A stretch of DNA of 64,000 nucleotides from assembly GCA_965208325.1 (NCBI GenBank), contig OZ242326.1, positions 320,001-384,000 of the forward strand, written 5' to 3'. This DNA is from Candidatus Poribacteria bacterium. Its GTDB lineage: Bacteria > Poribacteria > WGA-4E > PCPOR2b. The notes below the pieces were generated by a model. That model was not told where the DNA came from, ran no database searches, and saw only the letters and a program-made list of their open reading frames with translations. Positions within the stretch are counted from its first letter, which is position 1, and each line of letters opens with the position of its first letter. This document shows, one piece after another, positions 10,252-19,910 of this stretch. The translations under genes were made by a program, and so were the position numbers.

Positions 10252-11689
10252 CTAATTTACGCGTCAAAAGTTGATTTACCAGTTGCGGATTTGCCTTGCC
10301 TTTTGTCGCTTTCATTACTTGACCGACGAGGAAGCCAAGTGCTTTCTTTGTACCGTTTCGGTAATCTTGGACGGGACCCGAATGCGCCTCAACTACTTGA
10401 TTGACAATCGCGTCAATCTCGGATTCGTCAGTAATTTGCGAAAGCCCTTTTTGCTTGACGATTTCTTCTGGCGATTTGCCAGTTTTAAAGACATCGGCAA
10501 TCACCTGCTTAGCAATTTTTCCGCTGATAGTTGTATCATTAATCAGCATTATTAATTTACTGAGCTGGACAGGCGTAATTCTGGAATCCTGTATCTCGAA
10601 TCCTTCACTGTTTAGCAACCCCGATAGATCGCCGATAATCCAGTTGCTACTAGCTTTCGGATCGCCGCATAGGCGTGTAGTCTCATCAAAAAAGTCCGCC
10701 ATGTACCGGGTTTCGGTGAGAATGATAGCGTCGGAAGCGGAAATGCCGTAGTCTTCCACAAAGCGTTTGCGTCGATCGAACGGCGCCTCCGGTAACAATG
10801 ATTTGATTTGTTCAATCTCTTCAACATTTGCCTCAAACGGTACAAGATCTGGCTCGGGGAAATAGCGGTAATCGTGAGCCTCCTCCTTGCTCCGCATAGG
10901 AGATGTCTTGCCAGTATTCAAATCAAACAATATTGTGTTTTGCTTGACCTGTCCCCCTTCATCAAGGATCATGGCTTGCCGTTTTTGTTCGAATTTTAAG
11001 GCGGTCATTACATGCTGGAATGAATTCTTGTTTTTCAATTCTGTCCGAGTTCCCAATTCTTCGCTGTCAACCAAACGCAATGAGAGGTTCGCATCGCAGC
11101 GAAAGTTTCCTTCTTCCATATTGCAATCGCTAACATCAATGTATTCCAGGATTTCCTTCACGCTGCGCCAATAGGCGACTGCCTCCTCTGGTGAATTCAA
11201 ATCCGGTTCACTTACAATTTCCAACAACGGTACGCCCGCGCGGTTAAAATCGACATAGCTTTGACTAGGATTCCCCGTCACGTCCGCGTGAACGAGTTTT
11301 GCAGCTTCTTCCTCTAAGTGTATTTGATGAATATGTACGCGATGAATTGTCCCCGAAAATTCAAAATCCACATAGCCATTTTTGGCTAGAGGATAGTGCT
11401 TCTGTGAAATTTGGTATCCTTTTGGCAAATCCGGATAAAAATAGTTCTTGCGGTCAAACTTACTGAAAGTTGCAATCTCGCAATTCATCGCTAAAGCCGC
11501 GCGAATTGCAAATGAGATTGCCCTCTCATTTAACACCGGCAGTACACCGGGCATACCTAAACAGATTGGGCAGGTTTGTGCGTTTGGGGCGGTTCCAAAC
11601 ATCACTTCACAGTCGCAGAATAGCTTACTTTTTGTGGACAATTCGGCATGGATCTCCAGACCGATTACGGATTCATATCTGTTTCCCAT
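10244..11689 (-). CDS. gatB: Asp/Glu-tRNA amidotransferase subunit B
   Basis: IGLEIHAEL, FDRKNYFYPDLPKGYQISQ, YRYFPEPDL, GQVMKATKGKANP. Confidence 0.97.
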   Translation of the reverse strand: MGNRYESVIGLEIHAELSTKSKLFCDCEVMFGTAPNAQTCPICLGMPGVLPVLNERAISFAIRAALAMNCEIATFSKFDRKNYFYPDLPKGYQISQKHYPLAKNGYVDFEFSGTIHRVHIHQIHLEEEAAKLVHADVTGNPSQSYVDFNRAGVPLLEIVSEPDLNSPEEAVAYWRSVKEILEYIDVSDCNMEEGNFRCDANLSLRLVDSEELGTRTELKNKNSFQHVMTALKFEQKRQAMILDEGGQVKQNTILFDLNTGKTSPMRSKEEAHDYRYFPEPDLVPFEANVEEIEQIKSLLPEAPFDRRKRFVEDYGISASDAIILTETRYMADFFDETTRLCGDPKASSNWIIGDLSGLLNSEGFEIQDSRITPVQLSKLIMLINDTTISGKIAKQVIADVFKTGKSPEEIVKQKGLSQITDESEIDAIVNQVVEAHSGPVQDYRNGTKKALGFLVGQVMKATKGKANPQLVNQLLTRKLDG

Positions 11690-11816
11690 GATTTACTCCA
11701 AATCGTGCGAGATGCACCCAACGTAATATAGGTAACTTACTACCTCTCCCTAACGCGTCCTCGGTTTGGCAAATACAAGAATGTGGACGGTCATAACCTG
11801 CCTTCTGGTTTTGAGT

Positions 11817-12257
11817 TCAAGTTGCGGTTTTCTGGTTGAAGTAGACTGGATCGGGTTTAACCCACGTTTCTCCGCCGTCTTCCCAAACCTCGCGTTTCCA
11901 AATGGGTACTATTTGTTTCAGGCGGTCCATCGCGTATTTGCACGCTTCAAATCCGTCTTTGCGGTGCGGTGCCGCAATGGCTACCGCAACACTAATTTCA
12001 CCAATTTTAAGGCGCCCGATACGGTGAATCATAGCCACTCGATCCAATCCCCATTTTTCGAAAATCTCACGGGCGATTTCACCCATCTTCATTTCCGCCA
12101 TTTGCGGATAGGCTTCGTATTCGAGGTAGGAAACTTTGCGTCCGCCAGTATTGTCGCGCACAATACCCAAAAATGGCACAATTGCGCCAGCATTTTCTGC
12201 TTTGACCGCATGGATTACGTCTTCGGGAGCAATAGGCTGGTTGGTAATTTTAAACAT
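11817..12257 (-). CDS. moaE: Molybdopterin synthase catalytic subunit
   Basis: LEYEAY, HRIGRL, APHR, LKQIVPIWKRE. Confidence 0.93.
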   Translation of the reverse strand: MFKITNQPIAPEDVIHAVKAENAGAIVPFLGIVRDNTGGRKVSYLEYEAYPQMAEMKMGEIAREIFEKWGLDRVAMIHRIGRLKIGEISVAVAIAAPHRKDGFEACKYAMDRLKQIVPIWKREVWEDGGETWVKPDPVYFNQKTAT

Positions 12258-12504
12258 CGATCCCTCCCGTAACAGGTGGAATCAACGCGACTTCGTCACC
12301 GTCTGAAAGTTCGGTCTGTTCCGTAGCATACTCCCAATTTACAGACATCTGCATCACCTCGTAATATTCTGGAATTTCGGGCCACTCCCTTTCGAGGCGC
12401 TTCAGGACATCCATTAAGACGGCTCCGTCTGGCAGTTCCATCTCCTCCTCGTCTCGATTGAACATTTCTCGGCACACCGCAAAGTATTTGACTTTCACTT
12501 TCAT
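12250..12504 (-). CDS. moaD: Molybdopterin synthase sulfur carrier MoaD with a residual tail after GG
   Basis: MKVKVKYFA...DGDEVALIPPVTGG-IDV; start at 12504 with GAGG RBS. Confidence 0.9.
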   Translation of the reverse strand: MKVKVKYFAVCREMFNRDEEEMELPDGAVLMDVLKRLEREWPEIPEYYEVMQMSVNWEYATEQTELSDGDEVALIPPVTGGIDV

Positions 12505-12660
12505 TATTTTCCTCATCCATCGAGCGAATTGCAATCAATATCCGATATTCAATTCACGCGTTCAGCATATCTTTAGGTAGACGCGCAAAATGACCAAAAC
12601 ATTATACCTCAAGGCGCATTCTGAATACAAAGCAAAAACCGACCTTAACTCAAATTGCCG

Positions 12661-12689
12661 TTGACATGGATTGAACGCTTTGATACAAT
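12661..12689 (+). promoter_or_regulatory. Sigma70-like promoter for pncB
   Basis: TTGACA-17 nt-TACAAT. Confidence 0.65.
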
Positions 12690-12820
12690 TTATTTCACAT
12701 CTGTTTCATTCCGTATTACATTGTCCGACCCATGAAAGAAACAACTGTACCAGTTCCTGCAATTGGACAGTCCCGCGAAAAATTAGAGATGTTTTGAGAG
12801 ATGCCTCCAATAATCTTTGT

Positions 12821-14299
12821 ATGTCTGAGCAAACGTCTGGAATCCGCTCAATTATGAGAGAACCTCGGTCCGCCCTCCTCACTGAATCAAATATGGCGCT
12901 GTTCCTAGACTATTACGAACTCACTATGGGCAAAGCCAATTTTGACAGCGAAAACAACACAATTTGCAGTGAAAATTACTTCGTTCGTGCTATCCCGCAG
13001 GGTGAGTACCTGATTGCATCAGGCCTGGAACAGATTATCCACTATATTCTCAATCTCCGGTTTACCGATTCCGATTTAAAGTGGTTAAAGGCAAGTAAAG
13101 ATACGCCGGAGATGAGCGGCGAATTTCTCGATTATCTTCGTAACTTCAAATTCGATGGGGATGTCTACGCCGTACGTGAAGGAACACCCGTCTTTGCAAA
13201 CCAGCCGCTAATCAATGTTACCGGCAGATCCATTGACGTGCAAATCTTCGAAACTTACCTCCTCAACGTAATGAACTTCCAGACGTTAATTGCAACCAAA
13301 ACAGCGCGAATTGTTCATGCCGCACGCAATCGAAATTGCTTCGATTTTGGCGCACGCCGGGCGCACGGGAGAGACGCTGGCATTCTGGCAGCTCGAGCGG
13401 CATTTATCGGCGGCGCATCTGGAACCTCCCTTGTGGTCGCAGGACAGAAGTTCAACATCCCTTACGTCGGGACAATGGCACACAAATTCATTCAGGATTT
13501 TCCTTCCGAGCTAGAAGCCTTTCGCACCTACGCCCAATCGTTCCCTTATAACACCACACTGCTAATCGATACCTATGACACTATTCAGGGCGCAAAGCAT
13601 GCGTGTATCGTTGGGGCAGAAATGAAGGCGAAAGGACAAAATTTGATGGCGGTTCGGTTAGACAGCGGTGATACACTGAAACTTAGCAAGTCGGTCAGAA
13701 AGATTTTCGATGACGCCGGACTAAAAGATGTGCTAATTTTTGCAAGCAATGACCTTGATGAATTTCAGATTGACAATCTAGTCCGAAATGTCGCGCCAAT
13801 AGATGGATTTGGCGTTGGTACGCGGCTGGCAACAGGTGCTAACTTTAATCCGTTGACGAATGAAGGCGGCCCGTCGGCATTGCCTGGTGTTTACAAGCAC
13901 GTTGAACGCATGGTGGATAATAAGGTCATTCCAACCATGAAATTCAGTGATGATTCGGGTAAATCCACCCTTCCCGGTAGAAAACAGATTTACCGGATTT
14001 ACGACTCCCATGGAAATTACGTGGAGGATGTGGTTAGTCTCTGGGATGAAAACATACAAAAGGTCGAATCTCAATCCGAACTATACACGATGCATCCGTT
14101 ACTAACTCCAATTGTTCTCCAGGGAGCATTGGTTTATTCATTTCCGGATTTGATAGAGGTGCAAAACCTTGCTAAATCCGAACTGTCCAAACTTCCTGAA
14201 CCCTACAGAAGGTTGACTGGAGCCGAGAAGTATCCTGTGGTTTTAAGTAAAGGATTGAAAAACTTACACAAGGATTTATCCGAATCCAAAATCCGATGA
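12821..14299 (+). CDS. pncB: Nicotinate phosphoribosyltransferase
   Basis: DYYELTM, DFGARRAHG, GTMAH, LIDTYD, VRLDSGD; ORF-track start 12671 overlaps the promoter, so the start was moved downstream (exact codon uncertain). Confidence 0.93.
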   Translation: MSEQTSGIRSIMREPRSALLTESNMALFLDYYELTMGKANFDSENNTICSENYFVRAIPQGEYLIASGLEQIIHYILNLRFTDSDLKWLKASKDTPEMSGEFLDYLRNFKFDGDVYAVREGTPVFANQPLINVTGRSIDVQIFETYLLNVMNFQTLIATKTARIVHAARNRNCFDFGARRAHGRDAGILAARAAFIGGASGTSLVVAGQKFNIPYVGTMAHKFIQDFPSELEAFRTYAQSFPYNTTLLIDTYDTIQGAKHACIVGAEMKAKGQNLMAVRLDSGDTLKLSKSVRKIFDDAGLKDVLIFASNDLDEFQIDNLVRNVAPIDGFGVGTRLATGANFNPLTNEGGPSALPGVYKHVERMVDNKVIPTMKFSDDSGKSTLPGRKQIYRIYDSHGNYVEDVVSLWDENIQKVESQSELYTMHPLLTPIVLQGALVYSFPDLIEVQNLAKSELSKLPEPYRRLTGAEKYPVVLSKGLKNLHKDLSESKIR

Positions 14300-14392
14300 A
14301 TGGCAACAGAATGGTTCATTAAAATTTTGGATTGAAACAGTGCTATCGTTACTAAAATTTTGTTTTGTTGACACGTAAACACGGAGGCTAAC

Positions 14393-15262
14393 ATGAGACT
14401 CGGGGTTGTCGGCATGGTGTCTGGAGATTTTAGGGCATTTACATCTGAACAGATGGCGTCAGTAAGGGCGTTGCAATTCACGGGAATTGGATTTCATGTT
14501 GAGATAGATGGGTTCTTGGAAATTACGGACGAAGTGTGCTCGCAGTTTAACCGGTTTATGGCATCGGAAAATCTAGATGTGGTTCAGTTCGGTATTTTGT
14601 ACGAAGAATGCCTTTTTGACCCGGACGATGGGGTTACGAAGAGCGTCACGGCGAAGATTAATCGTGGATTGGAGATTGGGCGCCAGATTGATGCGCATGT
14701 CTGTCTCATCCGCGCCGGTAGTCTAAACCCTGACGGGCCGTGGACGCCGCATCGGGACAATTACTTGCCGGGAAACATTGAACGCCTGATTGGGACGTTG
14801 AAACCAATTGCGCGAAAGGCCGAATTAGAAGGTGTGACCGTCGTGATGGAGACACACACAATCTCGATACTAGATACGCCAGAGACATGCAGAAAAGTCG
14901 TTGATGCGGTGGGAAGTAAGAATTTGGGGCTTGTTATGGACGCTGTCAACCAATTCCAAACGCATCGACAAGTCTACAATAGTGCGGATCGGTTAAACCA
15001 TATCTTCGATGTGATGGGTAGAGTTGCGCCTGTGGCGCACATCAAGGATATCAAGGTAGACCAAGAATTGGTTGTCCATTTTGATGAAACAGTTCCTGGC
15101 GAGGGCGAGTTGGATATTGGGTTGATGCTTAGAAGATTTGATGCTTTTCACCCCGACGGGTATGGACTGATCGAACACTTACCGATGTCGGAAATTCCGC
15201 TTGCAGCGCAGAATGTCCGCCGAATCGCTGCTGAGAACGGAGTCAGCATTCACAGGAGGTAA
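14393..15262 (+). CDS. Sugar phosphate isomerase/epimerase family protein
   Basis: METH, MDAVN, AHIKD, LIEH metal-ligand pattern; GGAGG RBS. Confidence 0.8.
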   Translation: MRLGVVGMVSGDFRAFTSEQMASVRALQFTGIGFHVEIDGFLEITDEVCSQFNRFMASENLDVVQFGILYEECLFDPDDGVTKSVTAKINRGLEIGRQIDAHVCLIRAGSLNPDGPWTPHRDNYLPGNIERLIGTLKPIARKAELEGVTVVMETHTISILDTPETCRKVVDAVGSKNLGLVMDAVNQFQTHRQVYNSADRLNHIFDVMGRVAPVAHIKDIKVDQELVVHFDETVPGEGELDIGLMLRRFDAFHPDGYGLIEHLPMSEIPLAAQNVRRIAAENGVSIHRR

Positions 15263-15264
15263 TC

Positions 15265-16011
15265 GTGAAGTTAACGAACAGAGTTGCCGTGATTACAGGT
15301 GGTGCGACCGGGATTGGCGCGGCGTCAGCCATCTGTCTTGCCCGCGCTGGCGCAAAAGTGGTGATTGGTGATATTAACCGCGAAGATGGCAAAAAGACGG
15401 TTGCATTTATCCAATCCGACGGCGGCACCGCGAGATTCGTTCGCACAGACGTTACGGTAGAATCCGAAATCGCAAATCTGATCGCAACCACTGTTCAAGC
15501 ATTCGGGCGGCTGGATGTGTTGTTGACGTGCGCCGGTATACTGTGGAACCCCGACATTCGAGTTGATGCATTGGATGAAACTGCCTTTGAATCTGTAATC
15601 GACGTGAATCTTAAAGGCACATTTCTTGCGGTTAAACACGTTGTACCAGTTATGGAGCGCACTGGCGGCGGCGTTGTGTTATGTGTTGCCTCCGGCGCAG
15701 GCATTACGGGTGGAAGCTCATCGGTGTCGTACGGTTCCAGCAAAGGCGGGGTGCACGGTCTGGTACTTACAATCACCCCACAATTGGCGCCGCTGAATAT
15801 TAGGGTGCACACTGTCTGCCCAGGCGGCATCAAGACCCCCCTAAAACTTGGCCAAATTATTGCATCTGCTGAGCGGGCAGGCGAATCCCCGGATGCTGCC
15901 GTTGAGGGCGCCCTCCCATCATTAGGCGAACCGTCCGGTGTTGCACGCGTACTCGCCTTTTTAGCGTCTGATGATGCCTCGTATGTGAGAGGCACAATTC
16001 ATACGCGATAA
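15265..16011 (+). CDS. Short-chain dehydrogenase/reductase
   Basis: TGGATGIG, YGSSK catalytic motif. Confidence 0.9.
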   Translation: MKLTNRVAVITGGATGIGAASAICLARAGAKVVIGDINREDGKKTVAFIQSDGGTARFVRTDVTVESEIANLIATTVQAFGRLDVLLTCAGILWNPDIRVDALDETAFESVIDVNLKGTFLAVKHVVPVMERTGGGVVLCVASGAGITGGSSSVSYGSSKGGVHGLVLTITPQLAPLNIRVHTVCPGGIKTPLKLGQIIASAERAGESPDAAVEGALPSLGEPSGVARVLAFLASDDASYVRGTIHTR

Positions 16012-16276
16012 AAACCGTGCCGCATGAAGTTGTTGTACCCCCATTACTTCCAGTCGCTGCGCTTCTAATTGAAATCTCGAATCGCCTGTACATCCAGTAG
16101 TTTACTCTGTTTTTAACCACGGCAGATGAATAATCCGTAAATAATTAGGCGAATAGTTCAAAAATTGCATTTTAAGCCGCCGGAGTGAAACCAGATTGGT
16201 GACTAATCGTATAAGAAATTAAAGGGAAGAATATACCCGCTGTATTGAATTAAAATCTAACTAGGAGGAAAATTTA

Positions 16277-16480
16277 ATGTTCAACGGTATTGAACTCTTT
16301 TTGGGCGTAATTTGCTCACTGATGGGAATTGCCGTAGGGTATGTGTTTCTTGTTACCTTCTTTGCAGGTCTCCAGTTATTCTCCAAGCGTCAGTCTGAGA
16401 GCATAGCGAATGAAGATTCTCCATACTTGTTAAACATAGTGGATAGGTTCGCAAAATACATCCGGAAGCAGAAATCATAG
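16277..16480 (+). CDS. Small hypothetical membrane protein
   Basis: AGGAGG RBS; one long hydrophobic segment. Confidence 0.6.
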   Translation: MFNGIELFLGVICSLMGIAVGYVFLVTFFAGLQLFSKRQSESIANEDSPYLLNIVDRFAKYIRKQKS

Positions 16481-16641
16481 ACGGCTTAATTCCTATAATT
16501 ACTATTAGGACAGACTAGAGTCTTGACACTTGCAATAGTCTTTTGATAATATGTATTCAATAAAGTCTCTGCTATCAGATGGTATGAAGACTAGATTTGT
16601 GGCGTTAATTTTTCGTCCTCCTTTTTTGCTCGCGATGACGC

Positions 16642-17328
16642 ATGCGTTATAAGCAACTTCATCGTTGGGATATCAGCCCCGAGGAGGCTCGCCGCATCCA
16701 GAATGAGCTGCGAAATCGGGTCGTTCGCGAAGATAGATTTGGCGAAATCCGCTGGGTCGCAGGAGTAGATCTCGGTTTTAAACAAGATGTTGCACGCGCG
16801 TCCGTTGTTGTGCTAAACTTTCCAGATCTTCAACCGGTTGATGGTGTTGTTGCCGAGAGCCAAGTTCAATTCCCTTACATCCCGGGTCTATTGTCCTATC
16901 GCGAAACCCCTCCGTTGTTAAAAGCCTTTGATCAGTTGACTACGGAACCGGATCTCATCATTGCGGACGGACAAGGCATTGCGCATCCGAGACGATTTGG
17001 GATAGCATCACATCTTGGCGTAATCTTGGACAAACCGACGATTGGATGTGCAAAATCACGATTGTTGGGAAAGTACGGTGCGCTGCAAAGTGAAGCGGGC
17101 TCGGTAGCGTATCTGCATGACAAGGATGAAATCATTGGCGCAGCAGTTCGCACCAGGGCTAACGTCAAGGAGGTTTACGTTTCGATTGGACATCGAGTCT
17201 CCTTGGAATCCGCAATCAACTTGACTTTAGCGTGCTGCCGGAAATACAGACTGCCGGAAACAACGCGATTCGCGCATAACGCAGCGTCCGGGAAAATTCG
17301 AATTCAGAAAAGAGACTCAACGCCCTAG
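16642..17328 (+). CDS. nfi: Endonuclease V
   Basis: AGVD, PYIPGLLSYRE, DGQGIAHPRRFGIA, IGCAKSRL, RLPE. Confidence 0.95.
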   Translation: MRYKQLHRWDISPEEARRIQNELRNRVVREDRFGEIRWVAGVDLGFKQDVARASVVVLNFPDLQPVDGVVAESQVQFPYIPGLLSYRETPPLLKAFDQLTTEPDLIIADGQGIAHPRRFGIASHLGVILDKPTIGCAKSRLLGKYGALQSEAGSVAYLHDKDEIIGAAVRTRANVKEVYVSIGHRVSLESAINLTLACCRKYRLPETTRFAHNAASGKIRIQKRDSTP

Positions 17329-17381
17329 CAAATGTGCTCGTTAAATTATTCTAAAGAGTGTTCGGCGAATTGGACAAGTAA

Positions 17382-18557
17382 ATGAACATTTTTTCACAGC
17401 GTTTGCATCGGTTGCCGCCGTACATGTTTGGCAAACTCAAACAATTGACCCATGAAAGGCGGCAGCAGGGGGTTGACATCATTGATTTAGGGATGGGCAA
17501 CCCGAACCAGCCAACACCGCAGCACATCGTAGACAAACTTTGCGAGGCAGCGCAGGAACCGCGTCACCATCGTTACTCCTCTTCACGCGGGATATTTAAT
17601 TTGCGGCGTGAGATTTCTTGGCATTATGACCGGCGGTTTGGAGTCCAAATTGACCCGGATCAAGAGGCAATTGCGGTGATTGGTACCAAAGAGGGATTTG
17701 CCCATCTTGCCTTAGCATTGATAGATGAAGGCGACCTTGCACTAGTTCCCAATCCGACCTTTCCCATCCACATTTATAGCATTGTCCTCGCCGGAGGCAG
17801 TGTTGTCAGCCTTCCCCTACGCGAGGAAAACCAGTTCGTGCCCAGCCTTGATGAGATTGCTAGAGACATCTGGCCGAGACCAAAGGTATTAATCTTGAGT
17901 TTTCCTCATAATCCAACAGGAGCGGTCGTAGACCTCGCCTTTTTTGAGGAAATCGTTGACTTTGCCAAGAGGCAAGACATTATCGTAATACACGATCTCG
18001 CGTATGCCGACATCGTCTTTGACGGCTATGAAGCCCCGAGTTTTCTTCAAGCCAAAGGGGCGAAGGACGTTGGCGTTGAATTTGTATCCTTGTCGAAGTC
18101 TTACAATATGGCGGGATGGCGTTGCGGATTCGCCGTTGGCAATCAGGAGATTATTGGCGCATTGGCGAGGATAAAAGGGTATTATGATTACGGAATTTTC
18201 GCGCCTATTCAAGTCGCGGGAATCATGGCATTGCGAACGCCGTTGGATTTTTTGACTGAGAATGCCGAAACGTACCGAGCGCGGCGTGATGTTCTGGTAG
18301 AAGGGCTAAATCGAATTGGTTGGAAAATGCAAAAACCGAAGGCTACCATGTTCGTCTGGGCGCCGATTCCTGAACGGTTTCGCCATCTCAGTTCCATGGA
18401 CTTTGCAATGAAACTCCTTGATGAGGCTGAAGTATGTGTGTCGCCGGGTGCGGGATTCGGACAGAATGGGGAAGGATATGTCAGGATTGCGCTGGTTGAA
18501 AATGAAGATCGCATCCGTCAAGCGGTTCGACAGATTCGCCGCAGTCTATTCAAATGA
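17382..18557 (+). CDS. alaC: Class I/II aminotransferase, AlaC-like
   Basis: DLGMGNP, HDLAYAD, SLSKSYNMAGWR, YYDYG, ENEDRIRQA; substrate not certain. Confidence 0.75.
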   Translation: MNIFSQRLHRLPPYMFGKLKQLTHERRQQGVDIIDLGMGNPNQPTPQHIVDKLCEAAQEPRHHRYSSSRGIFNLRREISWHYDRRFGVQIDPDQEAIAVIGTKEGFAHLALALIDEGDLALVPNPTFPIHIYSIVLAGGSVVSLPLREENQFVPSLDEIARDIWPRPKVLILSFPHNPTGAVVDLAFFEEIVDFAKRQDIIVIHDLAYADIVFDGYEAPSFLQAKGAKDVGVEFVSLSKSYNMAGWRCGFAVGNQEIIGALARIKGYYDYGIFAPIQVAGIMALRTPLDFLTENAETYRARRDVLVEGLNRIGWKMQKPKATMFVWAPIPERFRHLSSMDFAMKLLDEAEVCVSPGAGFGQNGEGYVRIALVENEDRIRQAVRQIRRSLFK

Positions 18558-18683
18558 CGCCGTAATTGCAAGTCGGTGTTGATAGAGGCATAGCAACAGT
18601 AGTATATCGTAGCGATTTGTCAAGCAAGGTCGTGCGAAGCGTTGGGACATGAGATTAAGTAACCATCCGCATGTTAACCCACC

Positions 18684-19817
18684 TCAAAAAAGCCCTGAGA
18701 TTGAAATCCTCTGCGAATCGCCAAGGTCATGGGCGTTGAAGGCATAATCCGCAAATAATTTCGCTTCCCCCAAAGGAATTTGAAGTCCGGCTCCCGCGGC
18801 GAGTTTATCCCCTTCGGCACCAATACGCAGCGCAACTACGTTGAACATCCAGTATTCCACACCGTAACGGAATATCAAATTGCCCCTGGAATCCTCATCA
18901 TCCTTGAGGTTCCGGCGGTTAGTTTCCAAATCTGCACCGAATGTCGCCGTGCCGATGAAAGGGAGCGCGATTTGGTATGAGGTGCCAAAGCGCAGTCGCG
19001 GATCGCGTGTGAAACTTGGGCGAGTCAATGTGTCCCAACGAATCTGAGTGCCGGTGGCGTCCACTATTGTTACGCCGAGCCGAAGACCACGATACGGACC
19101 AAACAATAACCCGAGATCTACCCCGAAACCGTTTCCCGTGTTTTCAAATATCGACTGTCTTAGTAGCTTTAGATTCGCGCCAAGTGCCATGCGTTGACCG
19201 ACTTGGCGTGCGTAGGAAATTAACACTGCGTTGTCTGTATTACTGAACGTGCCTGCAATGATTGGGAGGTCGATGTATATTTCACCCGCTTCTTTAATTT
19301 TGTTATTGTTCCTGTCGTCAAAATCTCCCAAAATTCCATTGCCATTTTTATCGACAAATGTGGTAAGTGGGATGTCGTCCACGCCGAGTCGAATCCAAGA
19401 AATCCCAATTGTCCCGATGTTTTCAATCTGCTGAACATAATTTACAAAGTTATACTGCACCAATCCCTTGCTGAGGAATCTCCCGCCGTCAATACCAAAG
19501 GATTCAGAATACATTGCGGAAAATGCGTGTTTTTCGATTTGGGCGAGTCCTGCGGGATTCCAGTATGTTGCGGTCGCATCATCGGCGATTGAAACAAACA
19601 TACTGCCCATCCCCAATGCACGGGCGCCAACGCCATGACTGAGAAACTCCGCCGCATGACTTCCTTCCTCCGCCGCATCGACGCTTATGAACGCTATCAG
19701 ATTCCCGAACAATAGTGTGAACAACAAGTAAACTAGGTGCTTTTGATAACAAGGTAAAATGCGCATGGATTTTTTTTGTGCCCCGTCAAAGTAATCGGCG
19801 TAACAGGTGTGTTTCAA
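18684..19817 (-). CDS. PorV/PorQ (UPF0164)-like outer-membrane barrel
   Basis: GVGARALGMG, ADDATATYWNPAGL, C-terminal DYA...ISISGLF. Confidence 0.8.
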   Translation of the reverse strand: MKHTCYADYFDGAQKKSMRILPCYQKHLVYLLFTLLFGNLIAFISVDAAEEGSHAAEFLSHGVGARALGMGSMFVSIADDATATYWNPAGLAQIEKHAFSAMYSESFGIDGGRFLSKGLVQYNFVNYVQQIENIGTIGISWIRLGVDDIPLTTFVDKNGNGILGDFDDRNNNKIKEAGEIYIDLPIIAGTFSNTDNAVLISYARQVGQRMALGANLKLLRQSIFENTGNGFGVDLGLLFGPYRGLRLGVTIVDATGTQIRWDTLTRPSFTRDPRLRFGTSYQIALPFIGTATFGADLETNRRNLKDDEDSRGNLIFRYGVEYWMFNVVALRIGAEGDKLAAGAGLQIPLGEAKLFADYAFNAHDLGDSQRISISGLF

Positions 19818-19910
19818 TCCTCAACTATAGTTGCCGCGGATGAGTTTAATCTTCATTTATTAAAAAAAGCGGCGATGCCATTTTTGCTTTTAGTCCCAAG
19901 CTCGCCGCAT

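Noticed and set aside
12535..12660. Moco riboswitch upstream of moaD
   Set aside because: No convincing conserved structure by eye; the region is short and occupied by divergent promoters; an Rfam search would settle it
12671..12820. 50-aa N-terminal extension of PncB
   Set aside because: Overlaps a good TTGACA/TACAAT promoter; likely untranslated leader
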